A stretch of 64,000 nucleotides of DNA from Gammaproteobacteria bacterium (GCA_965277405.1 OZ255726.1:864001-928000); one strand, 5' to 3'; numbered from the stretch's first letter, positions 9,995 through 22,089 are shown. Made by a program: numbers and translations. Notes: generated by a model not told the origin, from the letters alone.

Positions 9995-11284
9995 TTATGC
10001 TTCAATGCGCAAATGGGTGCAAAAAGAAACATCGTCAAGACTAGAGATTGATTGTTTGGCGTTGAGAAAAGCTTGTTCGCTGCACTGCGCAGTCAACACT
10101 AAAATTGGCACAATTTTGTTTTGGCAGGCTTGGTCTTGATGGATGGCCATGGTGTTGATTGCATGCTCAGCGAGCACCTTGGTGATGCTTGCGAGCACGC
10201 CTAATTGATTGCTGGTGTGTAAGCGTAGATAAAACGCAGATTCAGCAGTTTTATCTGGCAATGCTGGGATGTTCTCAATCATCGATGACGGAAACCCCAG
10301 CGGATGGTGCAAATTTGAGTTCATTGCGATGGATAACACATCGTTTATTACTGCTGATGCGGTTGCTGGTCCTCCCGCACCTTGGCCAATGGCTATTGAT
10401 TCGCCCAATGGGTAAGAGTGCAACAGCACGGCGTTGGTCGCACCATCGATGCTAGCTAATGGATTGGTGATGGGAATCAATACTGGCTCAACCCGCATAT
10501 CAATATAATTGGTGTCGTTGATACGGATTTGTTTGGCGATGCCAAGGTGTTTGATGGTATAGCCAAATTTTGTGGCATGAATAAAATCGATTGGCTGAAT
10601 ATTGGTAATGCCTTTGGTATGCACATGCGCAAAGTTTAAGTGTGTGCCAAATGCCATGCTAGCAAGAATAGTCAGTTTATGCGCTGCATCAATCCCTTCA
10701 ATATCAAATGTTGGGTCTGCCTCGGCATAACCTGCTTGTTTGGCAAGCTCAAGCGTATCGTCAAACGGTGCGTGTGTCGCGGCAATTGAAGAAAGAATAT
10801 AATTGCAGGTTCCGTTAATGATAGCGGTGACAGACTCAATTTTATTGCTACGCAAGGCGTCACGGATGTTCTGTAAAATAGGAATGCCGCCGGCAACCGC
10901 TGCTTCAAATAATAGTGCTAGCCCTTTGCTTTGCGCCAGTTCTATCAAGCCATTGCCGTGTTGGGCAATCAATGCTTTGTTGGCAGTCACAACATGTTTG
11001 CCGTGATGTAATGCGGTTTCAATCACTTCTTTGGCAATGGTTGTGCCACCAATTAGTTCGATAACTACATCAACATCATCGCTTGTGGCAACGTGTAAAA
11101 CATCTGTTGCGATCGGGATGTCGCCTGTATCACAATTTGGATTATTGCGGCGTGCGCCAATGAGCTCGATAGCAACAGGTCGTGTTACTTTGCGCGCGAT
11201 AATTTCAGCATTTTGCTGGAATACATTGACGACGGCACTGCCAACAGTGCCGAGCCCACAGATGCCTATTCGTAATTCTTTCAT
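9995..11284 (-). CDS. hom: Homoserine dehydrogenase with C-terminal ACT domain
   Basis: GLGTVG, HVVTANKA, FEAAVAGGIP, INGTCNYIL, GYAEADPTFDIEGIDAAHKL, GAGGPATASAV. Confidence 0.96.
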   Translation of the reverse strand: MKELRIGICGLGTVGSAVVNVFQQNAEIIARKVTRPVAIELIGARRNNPNCDTGDIPIATDVLHVATSDDVDVVIELIGGTTIAKEVIETALHHGKHVVTANKALIAQHGNGLIELAQSKGLALLFEAAVAGGIPILQNIRDALRSNKIESVTAIINGTCNYILSSIAATHAPFDDTLELAKQAGYAEADPTFDIEGIDAAHKLTILASMAFGTHLNFAHVHTKGITNIQPIDFIHATKFGYTIKHLGIAKQIRINDTNYIDMRVEPVLIPITNPLASIDGATNAVLLHSYPLGESIAIGQGAGGPATASAVINDVLSIAMNSNLHHPLGFPSSMIENIPALPDKTAESAFYLRLHTSNQLGVLASITKVLAEHAINTMAIHQDQACQNKIVPILVLTAQCSEQAFLNAKQSISSLDDVSFCTHLRIEA

Positions 11285-11320
11285 GAATTGATGTGTATGG
11301 TTTATAAAAATATTATTTAG

Positions 11321-11367
11321 GGACTGTCTACTTAACTCGCTGCATCATGGACTTAATCAGAGGTTTC
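11321..11367. mobile_element. Minimal 47-bp MITE derivative with TTAG target duplication
   Basis: TTAG|GGACTGTCTACTTAACTCGC...CATCATGGACTTAATCAGAGGTTTC|TTAG; contains the stop of the upstream rsmJ-like ORF. Confidence 0.7.
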
Positions 11368-12079
11368 TTAGTATTTGTTTGGAACGCCACCACGCAAATC
11401 CAATGGATTGATGCTTGCTGGTATCATGCGTGAAGTCAAGCAAATGCTGTTGCGGTTTTGCAGGAATTTTTACGCAAATGTGGTTGCCGCGTTGCTTGGC
11501 GGTGTTGAGTTGCTGCGCTAAAGACGCTGGGGTTTCACCCGCGTTGACGATACGCAGCATTTGGGTGTATTTTTGGACTTGTGCCTTGCCATGGTGGGAA
11601 AACATCGGGTCGATGTAGGCAACATCAATATCTGCTTTACTGGTTTGCCAGTCTTCACAGCGGAAGTGAATCCTTGCACGCACTTGTTGCGGGGCGTTGT
11701 TGAGGGCATCTGTCAACAAAATTGCGCAGATTGGGTTGTGGTCGAAGGCGTGCACTGTATATCCTGCACAGGCGAGTAATCAGCTGTCACGCTCAAAACC
11801 TGCAGTACAATCGGTAATAATGCGGGTGCGGGTGCGCACATGTTGTAATATCGTGGCTAGCAATGGATAACTTTTTAACTGGCGTTGAACAAGTTTTGGC
11901 TGCGGCATGGTTTGTTGGAACACTAGCTTTTTTTCTATATCAACCAAGACAAGTCGTTCGTTGACAACGTCAATGTATATTGGGCATGTGTGGCTGGCAG
12001 GGACACAGGATTGTTGCAATGATTGGGGTAGGTTTTTCCAACACACACAGAGGCAACAGCAGCAGGTGCGACAAAACAA
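11357..12079 (-). pseudogene. rsmJ: 16S rRNA m2G1516 methyltransferase RsmJ-like, interrupted by an in-frame TGA at 11780-11782
   Basis: DCTAGFERDS*LLACAGYTVHAFDHNPICAILLTDAL and DVAYIDPMF match RsmJ motifs; both ORF pieces are in the same frame. Start uncertain. Confidence 0.7.
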
Positions 12080-12155
12080 GGTGCAAGACTTTTGGTATTT
12101 TGATTGGTGTTATCTGTTTTATTCATATAATGCGCGACTTTTGAACGAAGACACT

Positions 12156-12374
12156 ATGGCTAAAGACGATGTAATTGAAATGCAGGGCACAGTAGTTGAG
12201 ACCTTGCCAAACACCATCTTTCGGGTGGAATTAGAAAATGGTCACCGTATCCAGGCGACTATTTCTGGCCGATTGCGTAAAAACTATATCCGCATTTTAA
12301 CGGGTGATACCGTGCGTGTAGAGCTCAGTCCTTATGATTTATCAAAAGGAAGAATCTCATACCGTGAACGCTAA
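12156..12374 (+). CDS. infA: Translation initiation factor IF-1
   Basis: [19 protein letters not shown]...[12 protein letters not shown]...[12 protein letters not shown], 72 aa. Confidence 0.98.
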   Translation: MAKDDVIEMQGTVVETLPNTIFRVELENGHRIQATISGRLRKNYIRILTGDTVRVELSPYDLSKGRISYRER

Positions 12375-12425
12375 TCGCGGTTTGACATCTTTGCCCGCGC
12401 CAGTTCCACAATTCCGAGTGTAGAT

Positions 12426-14225
12426 GTGACAACAACTGCAAAAATGCGTAATTTTTCGATTATTGCGCATATTGACCATGGCAAATCAACGCTATCTGAC
12501 AGAATTATCCAATATTGCGATGGCTTGAGTGAACGTGAAATGCGCGCCCAGGTACTCGATACTATGGATTTGGAACGCGAGCGTGGTATCACTATTAAAG
12601 CCCAGAGTGTGCGGCTGTATTACACTGCAACAGATGGTGAGGAATATCAATTTAATTTAATCGACACCCCAGGACACGTGGATTTTTCGTATGAAGTTTC
12701 ACGGTCATTAGCCGCGTGTGAAGGGGCGCTGTTGGTAACAGACGCAGGTCAAGGAGTCGAAGCACAAACTGTTGCTAACACCTATACGGCTCTTGAACAA
12801 GACTTGGTTATTATTCCTGTCATCAATAAAATTGACTTGCCGCACGCAGACGTTGATCGGGTAAAAATGGAAATTGAGGAGATTATTGGCATCGACGCGA
12901 GTGACGCAATGCTGTGCAGCGCGAAAGATGGCATTGGTATTGAAGAGTTAATCGAGCGCATTATTGCAGATATTCCTCCACCTCAGCCGCTGCAAGATGC
13001 CCCATTACAAGCATTGATAATCGATTCTTGGTTTGATAATTATCTCGGTGTCGTGTCATTGCTGCGCGTGTTCGCAGGTGGATTGAAGCTTGGTGATCGG
13101 ATTACGATCCATTCGACAAAAAACAAATACATCGTTGATAGCATCCGTGTTGCCCAGCCCAAGCATACGCTTATTGATACGCTTAACGCGGGTGAAGTCG
13201 GCATGCTTACCGCGTCAATAAAAGAAATTCAAGGTGCGCCGATTGGTGATACTGTTGTGCATACTGCGCGCGATAGTAGTGTGGCTGCATTGGCTGATTT
13301 TAAAAAGGTCAAACCACAGGTATACGCCGCGATGTTCCCGATTGATTCGAATGATTTTGAGGGTTTTCGTGAGGCTTTGGCAAAACTTGCATTGAATGAT
13401 GCCGCACTTGAATATCAGCCAGAAAGCTCAGAGGCGCTCGGCTTTGGTTTTCGCATTGGCTTTCTAGGTATGCTGCATATGGAAATCATCCAAGAACGAC
13501 TGGAACGTGAATACGACTTGGATTTAATTACCACAGCGCCAACGGTGAAATATCAACTGACGTTAGCGAATGGTAACACAGTATGCGTTACCAATCCTGC
13601 CGATTTACCGTCATCAAACTTGATTGCTGATTTTGCTGAACCCATCGCCGATGTTGATATTTTAGTGCCACAAGATTATCTCGGTGGTGTGATTGGGCTG
13701 TGTATTGAAAAGCGTGGGGTGCAACAAAACATGCAATTTGTTGGCAAGCAGGTGGCGCTGCAGTTTTCAATACCGATGTCTGAAGTTGTATTGGATTTTT
13801 TCGATAAATTAAAATCTATTAGTCGGGGCTATGCATCGCTTGACTATCAATTTTTAAAGCTTCAAAGTGCTAACTTAACCAAGCTAGATATTCTGATAAA
13901 CGGTGAGCGTGTTGATGCACTATCACTGATCGTCCATACGTTGCATACCGCTAGTAAAGGTCGATCAATGGTCGAAAAAATGAAAACAATCATTCCACGG
14001 CAAATGTTTGATGTTGCGATTCAGGCAGCTATTGGAGGTCATATAATTGCGCGCTCAACGGTGAAGGCATTACGAAAAAATGTGACAGCAAAATGCTATG
14101 GTGGGGATATAACTCGAAAAAAGAAGCTGTTAGAAAAACAAAAGGCAGGGAAAAAACGCATGAAACAAATTGGGAAAGTAACGATTCCTCAAGAAGCGTT
14201 TTTAGCTGTTTTACGTACTGATTAA
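12426..14225 (+). CDS. lepA: Elongation factor 4 (LepA)
   Basis: [46 protein letters not shown]. Confidence 0.98.
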   Translation: MTTTAKMRNFSIIAHIDHGKSTLSDRIIQYCDGLSEREMRAQVLDTMDLERERGITIKAQSVRLYYTATDGEEYQFNLIDTPGHVDFSYEVSRSLAACEGALLVTDAGQGVEAQTVANTYTALEQDLVIIPVINKIDLPHADVDRVKMEIEEIIGIDASDAMLCSAKDGIGIEELIERIIADIPPPQPLQDAPLQALIIDSWFDNYLGVVSLLRVFAGGLKLGDRITIHSTKNKYIVDSIRVAQPKHTLIDTLNAGEVGMLTASIKEIQGAPIGDTVVHTARDSSVAALADFKKVKPQVYAAMFPIDSNDFEGFREALAKLALNDAALEYQPESSEALGFGFRIGFLGMLHMEIIQERLEREYDLDLITTAPTVKYQLTLANGNTVCVTNPADLPSSNLIADFAEPIADVDILVPQDYLGGVIGLCIEKRGVQQNMQFVGKQVALQFSIPMSEVVLDFFDKLKSISRGYASLDYQFLKLQSANLTKLDILINGERVDALSLIVHTLHTASKGRSMVEKMKTIIPRQMFDVAIQAAIGGHIIARSTVKALRKNVTAKCYGGDITRKKKLLEKQKAGKKRMKQIGKVTIPQEAFLAVLRTD

Positions 14226-14226
14226 T

Positions 14227-15057
14227 ATGGGATTGTATATGGATTATTCGCTAATATTATTGATATTAATCTTGGTAACTGGGGTTATATATTGTATCGA
14301 TAAGCGGCGCTGGGAGCCGCAACGCCAGGCAATGGTGCTGCAAGAATATAAAAAAATGTTGGGGCGCAACGTCGCTAAACAGCAAGTTGCAAAGGAATTG
14401 ACCATACCGTGGTATATCGATTGGTCGCGGTCGTTGTTCCCAGTGTTGCTGGTGGTGTTATTGGTGAGATCGTGTGTGGTTGAGCCGTTTCAAATCCCTT
14501 CTGGGTCGATGCGTCCTGGACTTGTAGAAGGTGATTTTTTGGTGGTCAAGCGTTTTATATATGGGTTGCGGGTGCCAGTATGGAATCAAACAGTGCTGCC
14601 AATTAGTGAACCAAAGCGTGGCGATGTTGTGGTGTTTAAATTCCCGCCGAATCCGTCAATAGATTATATCAAGCGGGTGATTGGGTTGCCTGGCGATCAA
14701 ATTTCTATTCGTAATTCAATCGTGTATGTGAATAATAAACCATTGCCGCAAGGTCAGCTTGAGCGTTCTAAGCAGCCTGCTGATTTCCCTAACACGACTT
14801 TGTATGAAGAATCGATTGGCAGTAAAACGTATGTCATTCAAAAAATACTAACCAATTACGCCCCTCCTGAACGCACATGGAATGTCCCAGCAGGGCATTA
14901 TTTTATGATGGGAGATAACCGCAATAATTCCCGTGATAGCCGTTTTTGGGGGTTTGTTCCCGAACAGAATTTGCTTGGCGAAGCGTCATTTATTTGGCTC
15001 AACTGGCTTGACTGGAGTAGCTTGCCGTCGCTTTCGCGTAATTCTTTTATCGACTAA
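14227..15057 (+). CDS. lepB: Signal peptidase I
   Basis: EPFQIPSGSM, DYIKRVIGLPGD, MMGDNRNNSRDSRFWG; follows lepA. Confidence 0.97.
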   Translation: MGLYMDYSLILLILILVTGVIYCIDKRRWEPQRQAMVLQEYKKMLGRNVAKQQVAKELTIPWYIDWSRSLFPVLLVVLLVRSCVVEPFQIPSGSMRPGLVEGDFLVVKRFIYGLRVPVWNQTVLPISEPKRGDVVVFKFPPNPSIDYIKRVIGLPGDQISIRNSIVYVNNKPLPQGQLERSKQPADFPNTTLYEESIGSKTYVIQKILTNYAPPERTWNVPAGHYFMMGDNRNNSRDSRFWGFVPEQNLLGEASFIWLNWLDWSSLPSLSRNSFID

Positions 15058-15064
15058 TTGTTGT

Positions 15065-15757
15065 ATGTGCGCGCAGCCATCTTGCAACATTGACACTCTG
15101 CAACGGACGATTGGGTATAGCTTTACCAATACAGCGGTGTTGATGCAAGCACTTACCCATCGAAGTTATGGGAAGAATCACTATGAGCGGCTTGAGTTTC
15201 TTGGTGATTCTTTGGTGAATTGTATTGCTGCTGATATGCTGTACAAAAAATTCAGCAATGTACCAGAAGGTCAGTTAAGCAGATTGCGCTCGAGTATCGT
15301 TAAGGGAACGACATTGGCGCAGGTGGCGCAGGAGCTTAAGCTAGCTGAGTATATTCACATGGGTGTTGGTGAGCAAAAAAGCGGTGGGCGGAGCCGGCAG
15401 TCAATTTTAGCTGATGTTGTCGAGTCTGTTATTGCAGCAATATATATTGATAGCGATTTTCCAACTGTTTACCGAGTTGTGTCGCGATGGATGGAACTGC
15501 GGATTAGCAATATTGATGTCTCTAAAACCATGAAAGATCCAAAGTCGATTTTACAAGAAAAACTGCAGGCTGACGGACGTCAATTGCCGCATTATGAGGT
15601 GATTGACACGGCTGGTGCTGCACATGCAATGCAATTTGTGGTGCGTTGCACAGTGCGGGTTACTGGTACTCCAATGTATGCAGAAGGCACTGGGAGCAGC
15701 AGGAGATTTGCCGAGCAACAAGCTGCTGAGCACATGCTGCAAACGTATAGCTCATGA
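15065..15757 (+). CDS. rnc: Ribonuclease III
   Basis: ALTHRS, YERLEFLGD, dsRBD DPKSILQE; start placed at ATG 15065. Confidence 0.96.
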   Translation: MCAQPSCNIDTLQRTIGYSFTNTAVLMQALTHRSYGKNHYERLEFLGDSLVNCIAADMLYKKFSNVPEGQLSRLRSSIVKGTTLAQVAQELKLAEYIHMGVGEQKSGGRSRQSILADVVESVIAAIYIDSDFPTVYRVVSRWMELRISNIDVSKTMKDPKSILQEKLQADGRQLPHYEVIDTAGAAHAMQFVVRCTVRVTGTPMYAEGTGSSRRFAEQQAAEHMLQTYSS

Positions 15758-16650
15758 ATGCAACACAGAAATGTGGCTATATCGGTATTATTGGCCGCAC
15801 CAATGTTGGTAAGTCAACACTGTTGAACACTCTGGTTGGCGCGAAGGCGAGTATCACCTCTGATAAGCCGCAGACAACGCGGGTGCAAATTCAAGGGATA
15901 CGCACCGATGGTAATAATCAACTGGTATTTATTGATACACCAGGACGGTTTCGCAAAGGCACGAGTCGGCTTGATAAAATGATGCTGCAGGATGCAATTA
16001 ACATTATCCCTTCATGCGACGTGGTTGTGTGGATGGTGCGACCTCGGTGGCATAGAGAAGATGATCTAGTGCTTAAGTCTTTGCTGGAGACGATTGAGAG
16101 TCAACCATTGATTGTGGTGATCAACGCCTGTGAGCGGTTAAAGCCAAAAACAGCAGTATTACACGTGCTTGATGAATATCGGCAACGGCTTGCAGCATTA
16201 ACAGTTGCCCAATGGCTGCCGATTTCTGCATTGCATGGTCATAACTGTGATGCGTTATTACAGACCATCGATCAATATTTGCCAGAAAACACCCATGTGT
16301 TTGCTAAGAATCACCAGTCACAACATCCAACAGAGTTTGCTAGCGAGTTGATTCGTGAAAAAATATACCGCTATACTGGGGATGAAATTCCATATCAAGT
16401 GTTTGTTGATATTGAAAATGATGAGATTAAAAATACAATCCACCACATTGATGCAACGATCAATGTTGGTCATATAAACCACAAAGGAATCGTTATTGGT
16501 ACTGGTGGCGAACGGCTTAAAAAAATAGCTTCGTTGGCGAGGATAGATATTGAAAAAAACAGAAATGCCAAGGTTATGTTGCGGCTGTGGGTGAAGGTGA
16601 ATAGTAACTGGTGGAATGACCCGCGTGTATTACGCCCAGGAAAACCCTGA
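15754..16650 (+). CDS. era: GTPase Era
   Basis: GRTNVGKSTL, KPQTTR, DTPG, KH domain VIGTGG, LWVKV; ATGA overlap with rnc. Confidence 0.96.
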   Translation: MNATQKCGYIGIIGRTNVGKSTLLNTLVGAKASITSDKPQTTRVQIQGIRTDGNNQLVFIDTPGRFRKGTSRLDKMMLQDAINIIPSCDVVVWMVRPRWHREDDLVLKSLLETIESQPLIVVINACERLKPKTAVLHVLDEYRQRLAALTVAQWLPISALHGHNCDALLQTIDQYLPENTHVFAKNHQSQHPTEFASELIREKIYRYTGDEIPYQVFVDIENDEIKNTIHHIDATINVGHINHKGIVIGTGGERLKKIASLARIDIEKNRNAKVMLRLWVKVNSNWWNDPRVLRPGKP

Positions 16651-16770
16651 TTAACTCGAATAAAGTAACGACTGATGCTTGCGCCATATAATAACAGCAG
16701 GCAATCCAAGTGTGGCTGCTATCAATCAAGCATGAATCACAACACAACGAACAGTAAATAGAGGGATACC

Positions 16771-19359
16771 ATGAATACAGCGCGTAGTTATTCTCCGCAT
16801 AACGTCGAAGCCGCAGCACAGCAATATTGGCAGACGCATGAATCGTTTACGACTACAGAAGACCCACAGCAGCGCAGCTATTATGCATTAGCAATGTTGC
16901 CATATCCCAGCGGTAAACTGCATATGGGTCATGTACGCAATTATACGATTGTTGATGCGATTGCCAGAATACAGCGGATGCGTGGCTTGAATGTGCTCCA
17001 ACCGATGGGGTGGGATGCGTTTGGACTTCCTGCTGAAAACGCTGCGATCCAAAATGCTACCGCGCCCTCGACGTGGACATACGCCAACATTGACCATATG
17101 CGAGCACAATTACAACGCCTCGGTTTTGCGATTGATTGGCAACGCGAAATTGCTACGTGTCACCCTGAATATTATCGTTGGGAACAATGGTTCTTTTTAA
17201 AAATGTACGAAAAAGGACTGGTGTACCGCAAGAATGCTTGGGTGAATTGGGACCCAGTTGACCAGACAGTTTTGGCAAATGAACAGGTTATTGATGGCAG
17301 GGGTTGGCGCAGTCATGCGTTAGTTGAACGCAAACAATTACCGCATTGGTTCATAAAAATTACCGCTTATGCAGACGAATTGCTCGATGATTTGGCAACG
17401 ATTGACTGGCCAAAGCAAGTGGTTGATATGCAAACTCATTGGATAGGTCGATCCAAGGGGGCAACCATTCGCTTTGCTTGCGGGGATACGCCGATAGAAG
17501 TATTCACAACACGCCCAGATACCTTGATGGGGGCGACATACATTGCGATTGCCGCAGAGCATTGTATTGCCCAGTCGCTGCTTGCTACGCCTGCTATCGC
17601 CGCCTGCATAGCTCGCTGCCAAACTGGTGCAGCTGATAGAGATGAAAGATTTGGAATTGATACGGGCGTGCGTGCTATTCATCCAATCAGCGGGGAGCAA
17701 TTACCAGTGTGGATAGCAAACTTTGTGTTGGCAGAATATGGCAGCGGCGCTGTTATGGCTGTGCCTGCCCATGATGCGCGTGATTGGGATTTTGCCCGCC
17801 AATACGGCTTACCAATGGTGCAAGTGATTGCTCCAGCTAATGGCAGCAGCGTTGATATTAACCAAGCAGCGTATGTGAGCTACGATATTGTTACGATCAA
17901 CTCGGGGCAGTTTGATGGACTAGGGTTTGCTGCTGCATGCGCAGCTATTGTTGCCGTATTAACCGAACATCAGCAAGGTAAAGAAAAAGTAGACTACCGC
18001 TTGCGTGATTGGGGAGTATCGAGACAACGCTATTGGGGCGCACCGATACCGTTTATTCATTGCAAGCAGTGTGGAGTAGTGCCTGTTCCTGAAGCACAAT
18101 TGCCAGTGCTGTTGCCTGAAGGAATACAGCCAGACGGGCGAGGAAACCCATTGGAACAATTAGCAAGTTTTTATCAGTGTGTATGCCCACTATGCAATGG
18201 CTCTGCGCGCCGTGAGACAGATACTTTTGATACGTTTTTTGAATCGAGTTGGTATTATGCGCGCTATACATGCCCACGTGAATCGCAGCGAATGCTTGCT
18301 GGTGCCAATGCGTATTGGAGTCCAGTTGATCAATACGTTGGTGGTATCGAACATGCAATTTTACATTTATTGTATGCGCGATTTTTTTATAAGGCGATGC
18401 GTGATATTTTGAATGATGAATACGACGAAGAGGTTATTCGCGGTAACGAACCATTCAAAAACTTATTGACCCAAGGGATGGTATTGTCGCAAAGCTATTT
18501 TCGTAAAACAGCAGATGGAGCTACTACATGGTATCGCAGCGAAGATATCGAGACTGATTTTGACGATGTAGGCAAGCCTATTCAACCACGACTGAAAGCC
18601 ACACAGGAAGCCGTTGAGGATGGAGGTATTATTAAAATGTCAAAGTCTAAAAATAATGGTATTGATCCAGACACCATGATTCAGCAATATGGTGCCGATA
18701 TTGTGCGCCTGTATGTGTTATTTACCGCTCCGCCAGCATTGTCATTGATTTGGAGCTCTACCGCTATAGCTGGTGCTGAGCGGTTTTTGCATAAAATATG
18801 GCGCATAGCGCATAAATATACGGACACAAGTGCTTTACCGATAGACTTTCAAACACTCACAGCCGCGCAAGCTGACTTATGGCGCAAGGCCAACCAGACA
18901 ATCGTCAAAGTTGATGAGGACATGCGGCTGCGCTTTAAATTTAACACGGCGATTGCTGCGGTGATGGAGCTGTATAATGAATTAGCAAAACACACTGATG
19001 AATCTGTGGTAGCTCACAGTTTGCAAAAGCAAGTCGTGGAAGTTATATTGTTATTGCTTGCGCCCATTGCCCCGCATATTTGTCATGTTCTTTGGCAGAA
19101 ACTCGGGAATTCCACCCCAATAATTGATGAGTTATTACCGCGTGTAGATACCAGCGCGCTACAGGTAAATACCGTGACTATTGCCTTACAGGTAAACGGC
19201 AAGCTCCGTGATACTTGTGATGTTGCAGTAGGAATTGACTCAGGTGAACTAGAAAAAATTGCTCTTGCAAACCATAAAATTCAATTACACGTCAGCGATA
19301 AGAAAATTGTGCGGGTGGTTGTGGTTGCTAAACGGCTGGTGAACGTCGTGGTTCGGTGA
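16771..19359 (+). CDS. leuS: Leucine--tRNA ligase
   Basis: [16 protein letters not shown], editing-domain FTTRPDT and [10 protein letters not shown]. Confidence 0.98.
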   Translation: MNTARSYSPHNVEAAAQQYWQTHESFTTTEDPQQRSYYALAMLPYPSGKLHMGHVRNYTIVDAIARIQRMRGLNVLQPMGWDAFGLPAENAAIQNATAPSTWTYANIDHMRAQLQRLGFAIDWQREIATCHPEYYRWEQWFFLKMYEKGLVYRKNAWVNWDPVDQTVLANEQVIDGRGWRSHALVERKQLPHWFIKITAYADELLDDLATIDWPKQVVDMQTHWIGRSKGATIRFACGDTPIEVFTTRPDTLMGATYIAIAAEHCIAQSLLATPAIAACIARCQTGAADRDERFGIDTGVRAIHPISGEQLPVWIANFVLAEYGSGAVMAVPAHDARDWDFARQYGLPMVQVIAPANGSSVDINQAAYVSYDIVTINSGQFDGLGFAAACAAIVAVLTEHQQGKEKVDYRLRDWGVSRQRYWGAPIPFIHCKQCGVVPVPEAQLPVLLPEGIQPDGRGNPLEQLASFYQCVCPLCNGSARRETDTFDTFFESSWYYARYTCPRESQRMLAGANAYWSPVDQYVGGIEHAILHLLYARFFYKAMRDILNDEYDEEVIRGNEPFKNLLTQGMVLSQSYFRKTADGATTWYRSEDIETDFDDVGKPIQPRLKATQEAVEDGGIIKMSKSKNNGIDPDTMIQQYGADIVRLYVLFTAPPALSLIWSSTAIAGAERFLHKIWRIAHKYTDTSALPIDFQTLTAAQADLWRKANQTIVKVDEDMRLRFKFNTAIAAVMELYNELAKHTDESVVAHSLQKQVVEVILLLLAPIAPHICHVLWQKLGNSTPIIDELLPRVDTSALQVNTVTIALQVNGKLRDTCDVAVGIDSGELEKIALANHKIQLHVSDKKIVRVVVVAKRLVNVVVR

Positions 19360-19412
19360 ATAATACGCTGTGACTAACAAGCAAACGTAACAACTAAGAA
19401 TATACCAATTGT

Positions 19413-19928
19413 ATGAATATACCAATTGCAAAATTGCAGCTGCATTGCTTGGTACTACTGTGGCTACTGTTGTTGACTAGTTGTGGCTTTCAGTTGCGCG
19501 GCTATAACCACAGCGCGGTTATCCATCAACCAGTGATACTCAGGAGTTATGATACATTTTCTCCTGCAACGACTACTGTAAAAAAGTATGCTGAGCGGCG
19601 CGGCATCGAACTCACAGCGGATTTACGCAGAGCAAGGGGGTATATATCTATCAAAAGTGAGCGGCTGGAACGTGACGATATGACAATGCGGCAGAACTCT
19701 GGCAGCCCTACAGAGTTGTTGCGTTTGACATGGGAGATTGAGGTGCAAAAGCGCGCAACAATACAGCTTGAATGGGGTAATATGGTGCAGAGGAAAATCA
19801 CTGCCGATGCAATTTTAGCCGCCAATTTAAACCAAATTACAGTGCAAGCCACAGCAGAGCAAGCAGCCATGAATACAATGCGTGCTGATTTAAACCGTCG
19901 TCTATTTATGTATTTAGTCGACCAATAA
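19413..19928 (+). CDS. lptE: LPS assembly lipoprotein LptE
   Basis: Lipobox LTSCGFQLRG; position between leuS and holA. Confidence 0.85.
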   Translation: MNIPIAKLQLHCLVLLWLLLLTSCGFQLRGYNHSAVIHQPVILRSYDTFSPATTTVKKYAERRGIELTADLRRARGYISIKSERLERDDMTMRQNSGSPTELLRLTWEIEVQKRATIQLEWGNMVQRKITADAILAANLNQITVQATAEQAAMNTMRADLNRRLFMYLVDQ

Positions 19929-19929
19929 T

Positions 19930-21000
19930 ATGTATCGTCCACACGATATTACCACAGTATTGCAACGGCAGCCTATCGCCTGGAATTTGCTTGTCGGTGA
20001 TGATGCCTTTCGCATTCAGCAGGTAAAATTGCAACTCCGTCAACAGTTACAAAAGCATGGATATACCGAGCGGGTGGTGTTGTTTCATGGTGAAGAAAAG
20101 TTTATCGAAAAGTTTGTGGCTGCGCTGCAGATGGGGTCATTATTTGCAAGTAAAAAGATTGTTGAAGTGCATTTCAACGGCGATAAGGTAGATCAAAAAT
20201 TTGTAAAAGTGTTCATGAAGCTCAGCCAACGCCAAGCCGCGCTAGCGCACGCTACAGTGGTGATTTTCAGCGCAGCTGCGTTTAGCAAAAAGACGACCCA
20301 GCAAGCGTGGGTTCGCTGGATTGATACCCAAGCAATGTGCATGCAATTTTACCCAATGAAGGGTCCTGAATATTTTCGCTGGGTGCAACAACGCAGCAGT
20401 AGTTACGGGGTAACGTTGCAAAACGCTGCGTTGCAGACGCTCGTTGAATACACCCAAGGTAACCCGTTGTCTGCTGATCAGCAGTTGCATGCGTTATCTC
20501 TGTCGACACAAGGTGTGGTAGATATTCAGCAATTACTTGGCTCAATTGAGGAAAACACGCGGTTTAATCAATTCAGTTTTAGTGATGCAATTTTTGTTGG
20601 CAATGCCAAAGAATGTTTGCGAATATTGCGCTACTTGCAGCAAGCGCATGTATCTGAGGGACAAATACTCTCCAGTGTCCTTAGAATTGTTGCGGTATTG
20701 GCGGTTGCACGCCGCTCAAATAGCACCAATATACGGAAGGTATTGACCAACGAAGGAGTGTTTTCAATGCAAATAGATAAATACCTGCGTCTATTGCAAC
20801 GCTTCTCCCCCAAGCAAATAGACAGTTTGGTGGTTATGATGACCCGCTTAGACCAAACTATGCGCGGTTGGCACGCAAAAACCGTCAGATTGCCATCGCC
20901 ATCGTTTAATAAACCAACAGTAGATTTTTGGCAGAGCCTAGAGGCAATAGTATTAGCATTGTGCCTGCAGCGCTCACCTGCATTGCAAAGTTTATTATAA
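19930..21000 (+). CDS. holA: DNA polymerase III subunit delta
   Basis: LLVGDD, SLFASKKIVE, GNPLSADQ; leuS-lptE-holA synteny. Confidence 0.88.
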   Translation: MYRPHDITTVLQRQPIAWNLLVGDDAFRIQQVKLQLRQQLQKHGYTERVVLFHGEEKFIEKFVAALQMGSLFASKKIVEVHFNGDKVDQKFVKVFMKLSQRQAALAHATVVIFSAAAFSKKTTQQAWVRWIDTQAMCMQFYPMKGPEYFRWVQQRSSSYGVTLQNAALQTLVEYTQGNPLSADQQLHALSLSTQGVVDIQQLLGSIEENTRFNQFSFSDAIFVGNAKECLRILRYLQQAHVSEGQILSSVLRIVAVLAVARRSNSTNIRKVLTNEGVFSMQIDKYLRLLQRFSPKQIDSLVVMMTRLDQTMRGWHAKTVRLPSPSFNKPTVDFWQSLEAIVLALCLQRSPALQSLL

Positions 21001-21020
21001 CTGACGCTTCCCTAGATCGG

Positions 21021-21046
21021 CCATCATGGACTTAATCATAGCTTCC
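21021..21046. repeat. MITE terminal remnant at left border of the F420 island
   Basis: CCATCATGGACTTAATCATAGCTTCC matches the end of copy 48729-49013. Confidence 0.75.
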
Positions 21047-21063
21047 TAAAGTTATCAGCCAAT

Positions 21064-22067
21064 TTATGTGTTAAATTCAGGGATGATGTGTCGACCATAG
21101 TTAGCGATGATTTTTTCTTCATCGCCGCTGTCTAAGTAGATATTAAACTGGGTTATTCCTGCGGTTTCTAGGTCTTTAATTTTGGCGATATGGTCAGCTA
21201 CGCTACCGAGTACGCAGAAACTGGTAACGATATCATCGGTGATGAAGTCCAAAAAGGGTTGTCACTTTGTCCGTGTTTAGAGTAGTCATACCCTTTACGA
21301 TTGTCGATGTAGTCCGTTAGGCTTTTAGGTACAATTCCTGAATCGCTGCCGTATTTTTCAACGATATCAGCGACGTGATTCCCCACCATCGCCGGGAACC
21401 ATTTGGTGTGTTGTATACAGTAATCCATATCACCAAAATAAGCTGGTGCAGCGGCTAGTACTTTAAAAGCAGACATATCGCGCCCCGCCTCTTCCCCAGC
21501 GCTAATGGCTTGGTTTTTAAACCATGTAATTAGATTTGGGTCGGCAATTTGTAACACCAAGCCATCCCCAACTTGCCCTGCGGTTGCCAGCGCCTTTGGA
21601 CCATACGCAGCAATCCATACTGGCAATTCATACCCCGTCGACCAGGGGAATTGCACACTAGCAGGGCATGCGTCATATTCCACTTGTTCGCCGCGCACCA
21701 TGGCTTTAACCTTAGTGGTAAATTCAGCAAGACGCGCCAAGGTGGCGGGCTTTTTCCCCATAACCCGCATAGAAGAATCGCCGCGACCTAGGGCAATGTC
21801 GAAGCGTCCATTGCTTTGATGCGCCAAACTAGCGTACAAGCTGGCAGCCAATGACCAATCGCGAATATTGGGGTTGGTCACACAGGGACCGAACCTCATA
21901 GTTGTGGTGTGTTCCATACACATTGCCATCGCGACAAACGACTCACGCCATAGAATATGCGAATCATAAAACCAACAGTAATCAAAGCCTGCCACTTCTG
22001 CTTGACGCACCAATTTACGGGCACGATCTGGGCTAACGAACCCTTTAAACGTAATACCAAATTCCAT
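21064..22067 (-). CDS. F420-dependent LLM-class (Mer-like) oxidoreductase resembling the TIGR03842/CPS_4043 family; apparent 1-nt frameshift at 21251-21255
   Basis: MEFGITF, WFYDSHILWRE, GPCVTNP, GRGDS, WIAAYGPKAL, GDGLVLQIADP; C-terminus (DFITDDIV..FCVLG..HIAKIKDL..AGITQFNIYL) continues in another frame after a T5 run; AGAGGA RBS. Confidence 0.85.
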
Positions 22068-22089
22068 AATATTATCCTCTGTGTGTTGT

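Noticed and set aside
11780-11782. Genome-wide TGA recoding (Trp, Gly or Sec)
   Set aside because: rnc, era, leuS and hydA end at TGA at expected lengths, Trp is encoded by TGG, and the site is not a Cys position.
21064-22067. Reading the LLM as RutA (oxidative rut pathway) or methanogen Mer
   Set aside because: No rutB-G or methanopterin genes; neighbours are reductive-pathway enzymes and F420 genes.
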